DNA from: a virus
Taxonomy: Duplodnaviria; Caudoviricetes
Virus record (IMG/VR): IMGVR_UViG_3300044675_003062
Location: 1 to 53,298 of that record
Direction: 5' to 3' (one strand)
DNA length: 53,298 nt
Within the stretch, counting starts at the first letter, position 1, and each line of letters begins with the position of its first letter. This document shows, piece after piece, positions 16,730 to 25,443 of the stretch. A program made the translations under genes and the position numbers. Below the pieces are notes generated by a model. The model did no database searches, was not told the origin of the DNA, and saw only the letters and a program-made list of their open reading frames with translations.

Positions 16730-16845
16730 GGCGTTCCATATTCGCGAATCTGGAAAAAGGATGTGTCGCCCATGAGCGAAAATCGCAACACGTCGCTGGG
16801 TCGTGTCGATCTCCGCGACACTTTCGCCGCTGCGCGAGCGAAAGT

Positions 16846-16875
16846 TTGCAGCAGACAGCTGCGAAACGGTACAGT
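16846..16875 (+). promoter_or_regulatory. Possible promoter for the tRNA-like RNA
   Basis: TTGCAG, 18 nt, TACAGT, ending 10 nt before the RNA 5' end. Confidence 0.4.
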
Positions 16876-16885
16876 ACAACGCATC

Positions 16886-16989
16886 GGTGGGTGTGGCCGA
16901 GATGGACTCGGTGGCTGATCGTAAATCAGTCGCTACTCCTAGAGCGTGCGCACGCTCCTGTAGCCAGCCGTTCGATTCGGCCCCCACCA
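16886..16989 (+). tRNA. Non-canonical tRNA-like RNA, anticodon GTA (Tyr), tRNA-Sec/allo-tRNA-like geometry
   Basis: Acceptor GGTGGG(T)G/CCCCACC+A; D arm GCCGAG-ATGGA-CTCGGT; anticodon arm GGCTGA-TCGTAAA-TCAGTC; 33-nt variable arm; T arm GCCG-TTCGATT-CGGC. Confidence 0.7.
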
Positions 16990-17138
16990 CTAAAGTCTGC
17001 CCGCACGTTTGCGGCACCGTTGCGCGGCACTGCAGTTTGAACTTCATGCTCCGCTCGCTGCTGGCTCGCCTCGCCTGACTCGGCACACGGGGGCGGCAAG
17101 GGTGAAAGGTAGAAGCCCCTCGCCGCCGCACCCGTGGC

Positions 17139-17336
17139 CTAGTCGTGCGGCTTGTACCAATACAGCCCCGCCTTCTCGGCGTTGCGTGCCAGTTCAGCCA
17201 GGAGTCTTTGCCGCTCTTTGAGCAGCCGTATCACGTCCGCTGCGAGCGTGCCAGACGTGCCGGTGTACGCACCGGAGAATCGGCGTGCCCGGTGTTCCAT
17301 CTGTGCGAGGTCGTCCTCGGCGAGCGGCTGCGTCAC
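17139..17336 (-). CDS. Hypothetical protein
   Basis: 65 aa, GTGA-coupled; last gene of the leftward operon. Confidence 0.6.
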   Translation of the reverse strand: MTQPLAEDDLAQMEHRARRFSGAYTGTSGTLAADVIRLLKERQRLLAELARNAEKAGLYWYKPHD

Positions 17337-17788
17337 TTGCTTTGTTCCTCCCTGTACAGCACCAGTGCCAGCAGCGAGTACGAAGCGAGGTCGAGTAGCG
17401 TGTCCTCGACTCCTTCAAAGTGCAGCTTGCCGGTCGCGTTGAATGTAGCGAGGCGCGTGACCTTGTCGCTGAGTCTCACCATCGCCGCCTTGAACGCTGG
17501 GATGCCGACAAACTTTGCCCCGTTGCGGATGTTGGCGAGCGGGTCAGTGCCAGAGGGGCACCCGTAGTCGCTTGATTTGCTGAGATGCAACTCGCGAATC
17601 GTGTCGAGCAAGTCGATGAACGCTTGCGACGTCGGATGAATGTCCGACGCGGTGAGCAGGCTGTCACCCGTCAACCGCTCGGCGTGATACTTCGCCGCGC
17701 TGGCCTGCGTGATTTCACGCCACGCAGTCCCAATCTCGTCGGGCGTGGTTTGACACTCGCCGCCGTCTACGCATCTGCACAGCTTCAT
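17333..17788 (-). CDS. DUF1599 / nucleotide-modification-associated domain 1 protein
   Basis: LHLSKSSDYG...DPLANIR...VRLSDKVTRL...EGVEDTLLDLASYSLL. Confidence 0.75.
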   Translation of the reverse strand: MKLCRCVDGGECQTTPDEIGTAWREITQASAAKYHAERLTGDSLLTASDIHPTSQAFIDLLDTIRELHLSKSSDYGCPSGTDPLANIRNGAKFVGIPAFKAAMVRLSDKVTRLATFNATGKLHFEGVEDTLLDLASYSLLALVLYREEQSK

Positions 17789-18861
17789 TTGTTTCCCTTT
17801 CGTAGGTCTCTATCGCAGTAGATTGGCATGGCTTTCGTGACTTCATTCCGCCCGTGGTCGATCACGATTGCGGCTTGGCAAGGCGGCTCGAAACTCGCCT
17901 TGATCCTCACAGCGTATGCCGAGTGTCCAATCACCGAGCCGTTGGAAACGTAGCGGCCAGCACGGCCCCAACTGAACTGGTGCCAGTGCCCGAGGCACGT
18001 CAAGTCAGCACGCTCCGTCGCATCCCACGCTGCGATACTCTTGTTGAGCGGTACGTGTATGCCGCCGATGCCACCCTGGTATCGAACGGCATGGCCGTGG
18101 TGAAACCGAATGCGAAAGCCATCGACATTCACATAGTTCAAGTAGCCGCTGCCAACTTGCCACTGCACATTGTCGCGTCGTTCCTCGGCCTGCATGACCA
18201 AGTACAGGTCTTGCTCAAACGAGTGCTCCATCTCGGTGCCGATGCGGAGCTTGTCCGTGCTGCGACCGTGGTTGCCGCTGTTCGTTGCTACGATGACCGA
18301 CTGCGCCGCATCGGATACGGAGTCGATGAACGCTCGCAGCCTCTCGCCGATCCACCGCTTCGCCGCCAGCGGAGCAAGCTGTGCAAGCTCTGCTGTGTCG
18401 TCGTGGATATGCCCCGAGATAAAATCGCCGCCAAGCCAGATGACGACGCGGTCGATGTCGGCAAGCTGCCGCTCATGCTCAAGCAGTCTGAAGAAACGCT
18501 CTTGCAACTCGTCAAGCCGTGCTTGGCACACGTCGAGCGAGTAGTCGTTCAAGCCGTTGACCGTCCTAGGGTCAACACGCTCTTCGCAGTGCACATCGGA
18601 GAGCAGCACGACCATCGTGGCGGCGTGCCTTTTCCCTTTGACAGACTTGGGCAAAGGCCGCTTGGCAGCCTTGATCCCCTGCAACTGCAGCAGCGAGTCG
18701 CCACGCTCACGCTCCCGGTCGATTTGGGCCAAGGCAGCCTTGTACCGGCTGCGGTATGTCGCCAGTTCTGACCGCAGCCGTGCGAGTTCAGCGTCGGCAG
18801 CCAACTGCTGCGAGTGGCTTACGTCCTCAACGACCTCGTCTTTCAAGCTGCGTCGAGCCAT
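17785..18861 (-). CDS. Calcineurin-like metallophosphoesterase with N-terminal coiled coil
   Basis: LSDVH, GGDFISG, SGNHG, FHHGH and LGHWH motifs; start MARRSLK. Confidence 0.8.
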   Translation of the reverse strand: MARRSLKDEVVEDVSHSQQLAADAELARLRSELATYRSRYKAALAQIDRERERGDSLLQLQGIKAAKRPLPKSVKGKRHAATMVVLLSDVHCEERVDPRTVNGLNDYSLDVCQARLDELQERFFRLLEHERQLADIDRVVIWLGGDFISGHIHDDTAELAQLAPLAAKRWIGERLRAFIDSVSDAAQSVIVATNSGNHGRSTDKLRIGTEMEHSFEQDLYLVMQAEERRDNVQWQVGSGYLNYVNVDGFRIRFHHGHAVRYQGGIGGIHVPLNKSIAAWDATERADLTCLGHWHQFSWGRAGRYVSNGSVIGHSAYAVRIKASFEPPCQAAIVIDHGRNEVTKAMPIYCDRDLRKGNK

Positions 18862-19115
18862 GCGATAACCCCCTGTTCGCCAACGTCGGAGATGCCACGC
18901 TCTTTTAGCCGTGCTGAGATTGTGCGGGCCAAAGTCTTTCTGCGTGTGCCGAGTTCCCCGGCCAGCCAAGCGGCTTTGATCGCAGCAAGCTCGGCTTGGT
19001 GCTCGGCGTCAACCTTCTCGTACCATCGTTTGCTACCGAGGCGGACGTTTGCCATCGCCTCGCGAACGTCGTCGAGCAGGCCGCTTTGGCTTTTCTTCGC
19101 CTTCACGCTTGGCAT
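18843..19115 (-). CDS. Hypothetical protein
   Basis: MPSVKAKK...VIAWLDAA, 90 aa; start uncertain. Confidence 0.55.
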   Translation of the reverse strand: MPSVKAKKSQSGLLDDVREAMANVRLGSKRWYEKVDAEHQAELAAIKAAWLAGELGTRRKTLARTISARLKERGISDVGEQGVIAWLDAA

Positions 19116-19242
19116 CCTTTTCTTGGAGATGAATCCAGCCGTCGTCGTCGGGGATTCCGCCACCAGCGTGCTCCTCGTCGTCGTCCAACTCGGGCGGCAG
19201 GATGACCGCCTCGGGCTGTGGCTTGGATTTGGCGCGTCCCAT
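19033..19242 (-). CDS. Small acidic/basic hypothetical protein
   Basis: 69-aa ORF filling the gap; overlaps the downstream gene. Confidence 0.45.
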   Translation of the reverse strand: MGRAKSKPQPEAVILPPELDDDEEHAGGGIPDDDGWIHLQEKDAKREGEEKPKRPARRRSRGDGKRPPR

Positions 19243-19263
19243 GCCAACAGGGTGGCAGGGCTG

Positions 19264-19719
19264 TCAAGCGGATGGAGCCTTGCCCCACTTCCCGGCAGGG
19301 CATTCCTGATCCGCCCAACTGAGTTTGCTCACGTACCCAGCCGCCCGCGACACGGGGCATCCGCAGAGGTTGCAGGCGTCGTTGACGAGATGCTCGCACG
19401 TCAGGCAGATGTCGTGCCTGCGGATGATCTCGGCGTCGTCGCACATAGGCATCCCGGCGGCGACGTGCGAAACGGCTGCGGACGCGAAGTTTTTGACCTT
19501 GGTCAGGAACGATGGGGCGTCGGTGCGGGCGAGGTCGGGCTGCGTTGCGGTCGGCTGCGGCTCATGGCCAGCCTTTGGCGTGCGAGGATACGCCGGATGC
19601 TCCACGTCAATCGTCCACTCGTCGCCGTCCTGCGCGACAACGCACGGCATCACCTCGTCGAGCGTGTAGCCACGCTCAGTGCATCGCTGCGCGAGGTCTG
19701 ACCTCTGGCATTGAATCAT
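19264..19719 (-). CDS. Cys-rich protein (DUF6171-like C-terminus)
   Basis: RHDICLTCEHL...CNLCGCP...KLSWADQECPAGKW; ATGA-coupled. Confidence 0.6.
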   Translation of the reverse strand: MIQCQRSDLAQRCTERGYTLDEVMPCVVAQDGDEWTIDVEHPAYPRTPKAGHEPQPTATQPDLARTDAPSFLTKVKNFASAAVSHVAAGMPMCDDAEIIRRHDICLTCEHLVNDACNLCGCPVSRAAGYVSKLSWADQECPAGKWGKAPSA

Positions 19720-20417
19720 GGCAGCGGGTTCTCGCACACGTCCCTGCAATCGTTTATGTTCTGGTATGGGCCGCTGACGGCAGGGAAGCCCCGCTGATCA
19801 AATGCTGTAGCTCCAAAGCCACTTAGGCACTTCGTCCCTCGTCCAGTCTGGACAAGAGAGAGATTTGGCTGCTCTAGCCTTAAAGCGTCCAGTCCTTCAA
19901 TGAAATCATTGCAAGTGTTGGGAAGAGGCCCAAGCCCAATGTTGGGTTCAAGGATATTCGTATAAGTGTCGCTTGCCTTTGCTATCGTAGAGGTCGTCTT
20001 TGTAATCGTGTAATTCCACGGCACATAGAAGCCACCATAAAAACCGCTGCCCGGCCCCATTAGCGCATACGAAATCGCCACGGTAATCGTGCCCGACACT
20101 GAGAAATCATCCGCTACGGTTAGGCTTTCTGTGCATACAGGATTAAATGCGAGCCGGGAATCACTAAGGCCGACAACGGGACGACCGATCATCAGCGTGA
20201 TCCTCGCACCGTACATGCCGGTGTATATGATTCCATTGAGGTTCCCAGGCGGAAATGTGCAGCTCGTGTCGTCCCTAGTAAAAAACCAATCAGTCAAGCC
20301 GGGCCGTCGCGATACTGGGCGGGTGACCGAAAAATCAGCCCACTCCACTTTTAGTAGCTCATACTTCGAGCATGGATCGTGGTAGCAGTAATAAAAAGTG
20401 CAACACGGACAGGCCAT
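19716..20417 (-). CDS. Variable tail-tip/receptor-binding candidate
   Basis: MACPCC N-terminus, beta-rich, visibly more AT-rich than its flanks; end of the tail operon. Confidence 0.55.
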   Translation of the reverse strand: MACPCCTFYYCYHDPCSKYELLKVEWADFSVTRPVSRRPGLTDWFFTRDDTSCTFPPGNLNGIIYTGMYGARITLMIGRPVVGLSDSRLAFNPVCTESLTVADDFSVSGTITVAISYALMGPGSGFYGGFYVPWNYTITKTTSTIAKASDTYTNILEPNIGLGPLPNTCNDFIEGLDALRLEQPNLSLVQTGRGTKCLSGFGATAFDQRGFPAVSGPYQNINDCRDVCENPLP

Positions 20418-20428
20418 GCGTGACGTCC

Positions 20429-21190
20429 TTACTGCATTTCAAGAGTCATAAAGCTCGACGTGTATGTGCTTGTGAGCATCGTCAGCGTGACAGTCCCAGC
20501 CAGCGACACTATGGTAGCCGTCTGCGTACCAGCGAGCGACACTATGGTAGCCGTCTGCGTACCAGCGAGCGACACCGACGCCGCAGTGACGGTCTGCGAC
20601 TTGACGGCTACTACCACAGACTTGGATTGAGTGTTAGCGGTAACTGTGATTGAGCAGTTTGAGGTGTTGAGGACAGCGGAGACGCTTGTAAGAAATGTGA
20701 TTGTCTCGCTCTCAGGAGTCACGCTGCCTATGTAGTTGAGCGTGGACGTACTGCCAGAGGGTATGAACGTGATGCTTTTCGTGCTTGCAGATGGTATGTA
20801 GGTGATGGTAGACGTGCTGCCCGCGCCGAATACAGTCTCCGTCGCCGTCTTTCCCGCAAACACAGCCGTCCGTTCGTTGAACGGAACGTCGATCAAGTGC
20901 CATGCCGTCCCGATTTTGGCAACGGCACACTCGCGGGTATGCGTGCCGGGCACGGGGAAAAACAAGTTGTACGAAATAGCAGTACGGTCAGTGCCCCTGA
21001 AGGTGATGACGTTCTCGGTGTTTTTCGGCCACGGGCCAAGGAACGACGCGAGCTTGACCGCTCGCGTGTTGTCCATCACCTGTCGGCGGAATCCGAGCGG
21101 CCCGCCCGCTGGCCGCGCGTTCTCAACGGCCCGCACGACTCGCGCTATCCGCTCGACGGCAGGGCGTGTGAATGAGATACGGTCAGCCAT
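20429..21190 (-). CDS. Minor tail protein
   Basis: 253 aa with a Thr/Ser-rich beta-repeat C-terminus; tail operon. Confidence 0.6.
   Translation of the reverse strand: MADRISFTRPAVERIARVVRAVENARPAGGPLGFRRQVMDNTRAVKLASFLGPWPKNTENVITFRGTDRTAISYNLFFPVPGTHTRECAVAKIGTAWHLIDVPFNERTAVFAGKTATETVFGAGSTSTITYIPSASTKSITFIPSGSTSTLNYIGSVTPESETITFLTSVSAVLNTSNCSITVTANTQSKSVVVAVKSQTVTAASVSLAGTQTATIVSLAGTQTATIVSLAGTVTLTMLTSTYTSSFMTLEMQ
20502..20575. repeat. 33-bp perfect tandem repeat (about 2.2 copies)
   Basis: AGCGACACTATGGTAGCCGTCTGCGTACCAGCG twice plus 8 nt; encodes SLAGTQTATIV. Confidence 0.9.
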
Positions 21191-21193
21191 CGC

Positions 21194-21355
21194 TCACTCC
21201 GGTTCGCCTATCGCGTCGATCTCTCGCCGTCTCTCAACCGCCATCCGCACAACCGCTTGAGCCTCTGCAATAACGCGGGGCATCAGAACCGCGCACCGCA
21301 GAACGCAGTAGGTGCCGATACAGCCGCAGACGAGGAACTCGATGAGGTGTTTCAT
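21194..21355 (-). CDS. Small membrane protein
   Basis: MKHLIEFLVCGCIGTYCVLRCAVLM...; 53 aa, ATGA-coupled. Confidence 0.45.
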   Translation of the reverse strand: MKHLIEFLVCGCIGTYCVLRCAVLMPRVIAEAQAVVRMAVERRREIDAIGEPE

Positions 21356-22419
21356 GACGTTGGGAACGCCGCCGTGGGGACGGTGATGGTGCGGGCCACG
21401 CCCTTTGTGATTCTGATGTCGTCGATGTAGCCGTATGTGTTCTCGGCGGATGTCAACACGTTTGAGCCGATTGTCAGACCGCATGACGACCCCGCATCAC
21501 CGCCGTTTGTGAACGTGATCACGCTTGAACCGTTCAGGTACAGCGTGTTCGCGCCGCCACTACGCACCCACGCAATATGATTCCATGCGTTCAAGTTCAT
21601 TGATCCGCCAGTGCGGACGCTTGAGCCGTCGTAGCACCGCACAGCACCAGAAGAGGATTTGCCAAGCACCAGCCACGCCGAACTGTCGGAAGGTCGCGTG
21701 TCAATGTGCGTTTCATTGCCAGTGTTCTGAAGAGGGTAATGCCAGTATTCAATTGTGAAATCGCCCGTGCCGAAACCAAACGCAGAGCTTGATGGAACTG
21801 TCAGATAGTCACCGCTGCCATCGAAGTACGCGCTTTTGCCACCCCACCTGCTTTCAGCCGTGCTCTGCGTAGCCCCCACGGCCGCTACTTCTTTTGGCGT
21901 TCCCGAAGAATCGACGAACGTGCTGCCGGCGCCATCCATGTGGAGCAGCAGGGCGACGTTGCTGAAGAACGGGTCTGGGATTACTGCCGTTGGCGTCAAC
22001 GCACTGCTCGCGGCCGTTGGCGTGCCGGTGCCAACGGCATTCACCGCTGCCACGCGGAACACATACGGCGTGCCGTTGGTCAGCCCAGTCACGATTGCAT
22101 TCGTCGCGGTGGATGCCGCACGGCTAAATGGCCCCCAATCCGCCGCCGCCGCAGTTTTGAACTGCACCGTGTAATCTGTGATTGGTGCCTGCGCGATCAC
22201 GCCAGTCGGTGCCGTCCACGACAGCGACACCTGCGCGTTGCCCACAGTTGCCGTGAGTCCGGTTGGCGCAGACGGCACAAAGATCGAGCGGAGCAGTGCG
22301 TCCTCGCCAGAGCCGCTCGCGGCGACGAGTTCCCATGCGTAGCCAGTCCAAGCGTACTGCCGCCCGTTCTGCGTGCTCGTTGCGCCGACTGCCGGTGATC
22401 CTGGAAATGAGAGTGGCAT
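21352..22419 (-). CDS. Fibronectin type III + LamG/concanavalin-like virion adhesin
   Basis: PSAPTGLTAT...LSWTAP...DYTVQF...VTGLTNGTPYVFRVAAVN (FN3); LLLHMDG, FDGSGDYL, GDFTIEYW, WNHIAWVR, GYIDDIRITKG (LamG). Confidence 0.85.
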   Translation of the reverse strand: MPLSFPGSPAVGATSTQNGRQYAWTGYAWELVAASGSGEDALLRSIFVPSAPTGLTATVGNAQVSLSWTAPTGVIAQAPITDYTVQFKTAAAADWGPFSRAASTATNAIVTGLTNGTPYVFRVAAVNAVGTGTPTAASSALTPTAVIPDPFFSNVALLLHMDGAGSTFVDSSGTPKEVAAVGATQSTAESRWGGKSAYFDGSGDYLTVPSSSAFGFGTGDFTIEYWHYPLQNTGNETHIDTRPSDSSAWLVLGKSSSGAVRCYDGSSVRTGGSMNLNAWNHIAWVRSGGANTLYLNGSSVITFTNGGDAGSSCGLTIGSNVLTSAENTYGYIDDIRITKGVARTITVPTAAFPTS

Positions 22420-22432
22420 TATCTACCTCTAT

Positions 22433-24151
22433 TTACTGCGGCCCGAGTTCGACGTAGACGCTTCCCGACCACCGATACACCCGGCTCACGTCGGTGGCGA
22501 TGTAAATCGTTTGGCTGCCACCCGTCGCGGGGAAGCCTGCCGCGGTCGCGGCCTCGACGATTCCACTCGCACCCGCGGCAATCGTGATCGTGCTGCTGGC
22601 GGTCGAGACCGTCACGTTAGCACCAGCGGCAATCGTGATGCCCCCGGTGAGTGCATTGAGGGCCGATACCGTAGCTGGCAGACGCGCGGGGTCGATGGTG
22701 CCAGATGCAATCGCTGCGGCATCGTGGGTGTGCGTGGCTGCCGCTGCCGTGATGTCGGCGACGGTGGGCAACTTGTGGACGTGATCCTCACGGCTAGCGT
22801 TTCCAGACGAGCCAGCGGATGCAACGCCCAGAGCCAGCGGTGTCAGCGACCCAACTGCTAGGCCAGACGTGCCGCCCGCAAATGCAATCGTGATTTGCCC
22901 CGCCGCCGTGTCACGGCTGAACGACATCCCAGCGCCCTGCACAAGCACCGGGTTGACGATTGAATACCGATTCGTCCATGTCGCGTTCGTGCCGTCAGTC
23001 ACCAGCGGCCCAGCGTAGCCAGCCTGGGCAGGCAACCCTTGGTAGCCAATGATGTCGCCTGTAAAGTGCGTGTGCCCCGGCTGGCTGAATGCCGCCGTCA
23101 GTCCGACCACCTCGGTTGTCGAGTGGGTATGGGCACTCGGAGCAAACGTCGCCGGCACGTTACTCAGACTCGTATAGCTGCCACTGGTGGCAACGCCTGC
23201 CAGCCCGGCCACGTCAGCGGCTGCGAGGCTGATCGCCCCCGTGCGGCCTGCTACCGACTGTACCGGAGCCGCCGCCGCCGCGGCATCGGTGAACGCCACA
23301 ACGTCAGTGGTCGAGTGGGTATGGGCAGACGGTGCGAATGTGGCAGGCACGCCAGACAGAGCCGTGTAGCCAATCGTCGGGATGCGTGCGACGTCGAGCG
23401 TGCCGCTGGTCAATGCTGCGGCGTCGTGTGTATGGCCGACTTGGCTGAACGCAGCCGTAAGCCCGACGACATCGGCGGTCGAGTGGGTATGCACCTCGGC
23501 CGCTGCCGTCAGGTCAGTCCGCGTCAGCACGACCGCCCCCGTCCTCGATTGCACCGACTGCACCGGAGCCGCCGCAGACGCAGCGGCAGTGAATGCTACA
23601 ACGTCTGTAGTGGAGTGGGTGTGGGCAGACGGGGTGAACGTCGCAGGCGTGTTGCTGAGAGCGGTGTACGAGATGGTCGGGATGCGAGCAATCGACAGCG
23701 TGCCCGAGGCTACTGCGCTGGCGTCGTGGGTGTGGCTCGCGGGCGTGAACGCCGTTGGCACTCCAGACAAGGCGGTGTAGCCAATGGTCGGAATCCGACC
23801 GATGGCGAACGTGCCCGCCGTCACGTCGCTTGCCTGGAGCACGACCGTGCCAGTACGACCGGCCACACTCTGCACCGGGGCGAGACTCGAAACCGTGGTG
23901 CTCGGGTAGGACGAGATGAGGAACTGCCCATCGGCGGTGCTCACCGTGATGCCGTCGCCGGGCGCGATCTGGAACGTGCCGAAAGCCTGCGTCGATGTCC
24001 CCGGCACCGTGATGAATCCGGCCGGGCCGATGCCACCAGACGCGACGACGCTGGCTCCAGTGGATGCCGCAACGCTGACGCTGGCTCCAGTCGATGCCGC
24101 AACGCTGACGCTGACGGCAGTCTGGCCGACGACATTTACTGTGACGGACAT
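22433..24151 (-). CDS. Tail fibre with His-x-His repeats
   Basis: Repeated AHTH/HTHD and PVQSVAGRTG units; 572 aa. Confidence 0.75.
   Translation of the reverse strand: MSVTVNVVGQTAVSVSVAASTGASVSVAASTGASVVASGGIGPAGFITVPGTSTQAFGTFQIAPGDGITVSTADGQFLISSYPSTTVSSLAPVQSVAGRTGTVVLQASDVTAGTFAIGRIPTIGYTALSGVPTAFTPASHTHDASAVASGTLSIARIPTISYTALSNTPATFTPSAHTHSTTDVVAFTAAASAAAPVQSVQSRTGAVVLTRTDLTAAAEVHTHSTADVVGLTAAFSQVGHTHDAAALTSGTLDVARIPTIGYTALSGVPATFAPSAHTHSTTDVVAFTDAAAAAAPVQSVAGRTGAISLAAADVAGLAGVATSGSYTSLSNVPATFAPSAHTHSTTEVVGLTAAFSQPGHTHFTGDIIGYQGLPAQAGYAGPLVTDGTNATWTNRYSIVNPVLVQGAGMSFSRDTAAGQITIAFAGGTSGLAVGSLTPLALGVASAGSSGNASREDHVHKLPTVADITAAAATHTHDAAAIASGTIDPARLPATVSALNALTGGITIAAGANVTVSTASSTITIAAGASGIVEAATAAGFPATGGSQTIYIATDVSRVYRWSGSVYVELGPQ
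24047..24113. repeat. 30-bp tandem repeat (about 2.2 copies)
   Basis: GACGCTGGCTCCAGT(G/C)GATGCCGCAACGCT twice; encodes SVSVAASTGA. Confidence 0.85.
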
Positions 24152-24531
24152 CAGGGCACCTTCACGCTGACGTCACCGGCCAAGATCGTTCGCGTCACGT
24201 TACCGGGGGTAATTGTCTTGAACCACCAGCGGTACTCCGCTCCAGCAGTCAGCGTGTTTGTCTGCGTCTCTGTCAGAGACAAATTGACCTGCCCCGAGGT
24301 AAGGTTGACGGGCGTTACGGTGAACGCCACGACCGTCTCACCAGCGGCCGAGGCCACGCCCGCACCAAGGCCGCCGCCAACTTCGACGGTAGTTAGGCTG
24401 TAGATTTTCGTGTCGTAGGCGTAGCCGGTCAGGTCGGTTGCATCGACTGACAGCACCATCCCAAACTCGTCGCCCTTGATGAACGCGAGGTCGAGCTCGG
24501 CGGGCAGGATTTCATACGTTGGGTCAGCCAT
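24151..24531 (-). CDS. Beta-sandwich fibre adaptor (BppU/LtfC-like)
   Basis: LPAELDLAFIKGDEF...VNLSLTETQT...RTILAGDVSV; paralog of 45067-45393. Confidence 0.6.
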   Translation of the reverse strand: MADPTYEILPAELDLAFIKGDEFGMVLSVDATDLTGYAYDTKIYSLTTVEVGGGLGAGVASAAGETVVAFTVTPVNLTSGQVNLSLTETQTNTLTAGAEYRWWFKTITPGNVTRTILAGDVSVKVP

Positions 24532-24570
24532 GTTTTCACTCTACGTTTTTGATGCGGTGCTCTGGCAGAA

Positions 24571-25443
24571 TCAGACTGGAGGACTGCCAAACAAGCTCGA
24601 AAAAGATACTTCTGGAAGCACTCGCCGACTCAAGATGGCAGGGTAGCCGCCGGTCAAGCCTCCACTGCCATCAAGCCCTAGCGGCCCGGCACTCGGAATC
24701 CATTCGGCGTTCTCAAAATCGAACACCATAGCGCGACGCTTTTCGCCGCCTGATATGTAATTGAAGCCCACGTCGGGCAGTTGTAGGTTCCAGCCGCTCG
24801 GGCGGAACAGCACCTGAGACTCCGCGCGCCAGTAGCTGTATCGCACGTTCCCCCATAACTCTTCGACCTTCTCGACTTTGGAGCCTTCGTGCTTGCAGTG
24901 GTGAACCGCCGCGCCGCTGAAGGCATCGCTGTTGAGAAAGCCAAAAGAGTTGATGATCCCAGTAGGTCGGCTCGCGAAGTTTCGCTTGATCGTCACTCGG
25001 GTCAGCGACTCGGGAACGGTCAGCCCCTCGAAATAGTCGTAGGCTGAGTTAGTCAGTGGCCGCCTAGTTGCGCCGTCGTAGAAAAACAGTGCCGGTAATT
25101 GATCACCGGGCACTGCTTCGTACACCCACTCGGCAGGCCGGAAGAGTGGGCCAAGAAGAAGGCTCGACGCGATCACGCCGTACTCAAGCGTGACCTCAAC
25201 GTGGTACGGGTTGTCGCCAAAAGTTTCGGCCATCGTCGCCTTGCGAAGGCGAAGGAACGAAAACTCAGGGTGTGCTACGCCCCAGGTGCCACCGCCAACA
25301 GCATCTATGACTTGAAGATTCGCAGTCGGTGTGACCGTTGCGTTGTCGTCGAGGATCACAACAAACCGTCGCTTGGCGACAGTCGTCCCGCCGACCTCGC
25401 CTTCCAGGGTTCTGCCGAGTTCGCGAAACGACGAAACAGCCAT
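24571..25443 (-). CDS. Distal tail/baseplate protein
   Basis: 290 aa directly after the tape measure; call from position. Confidence 0.55.
   Translation of the reverse strand: MAVSSFRELGRTLEGEVGGTTVAKRRFVVILDDNATVTPTANLQVIDAVGGGTWGVAHPEFSFLRLRKATMAETFGDNPYHVEVTLEYGVIASSLLLGPLFRPAEWVYEAVPGDQLPALFFYDGATRRPLTNSAYDYFEGLTVPESLTRVTIKRNFASRPTGIINSFGFLNSDAFSGAAVHHCKHEGSKVEKVEELWGNVRYSYWRAESQVLFRPSGWNLQLPDVGFNYISGGEKRRAMVFDFENAEWIPSAGPLGLDGSGGLTGGYPAILSRRVLPEVSFSSLFGSPPV

Noticed and set aside
16772-16918. 48-aa plus-strand ORF MSENRNTSLGRVDLRDTFAAA...
   Set aside because: Could be a gene remnant, but it runs into the tRNA-like RNA and has no support beyond a short motif resemblance.
16960-16992. 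Possible tmRNA 5' end on the minus strand (GGGGCCGAATCGAAC)
   Set aside because: It is just the reverse complement of the plus-strand T arm/acceptor; no tag ORF or matching 3' end.
16571-17131. 186-aa minus-strand ORF and other ORFs over the int-downstream region
   Set aside because: They overlap the integrase end and the tRNA-like structure and show no protein motifs; the RNA explains the sequence better.
19716-24151. Diversity-generating retroelement targeting the tail genes
   Set aside because: No reverse transcriptase and no TR/VR pair differing at adenines was seen.
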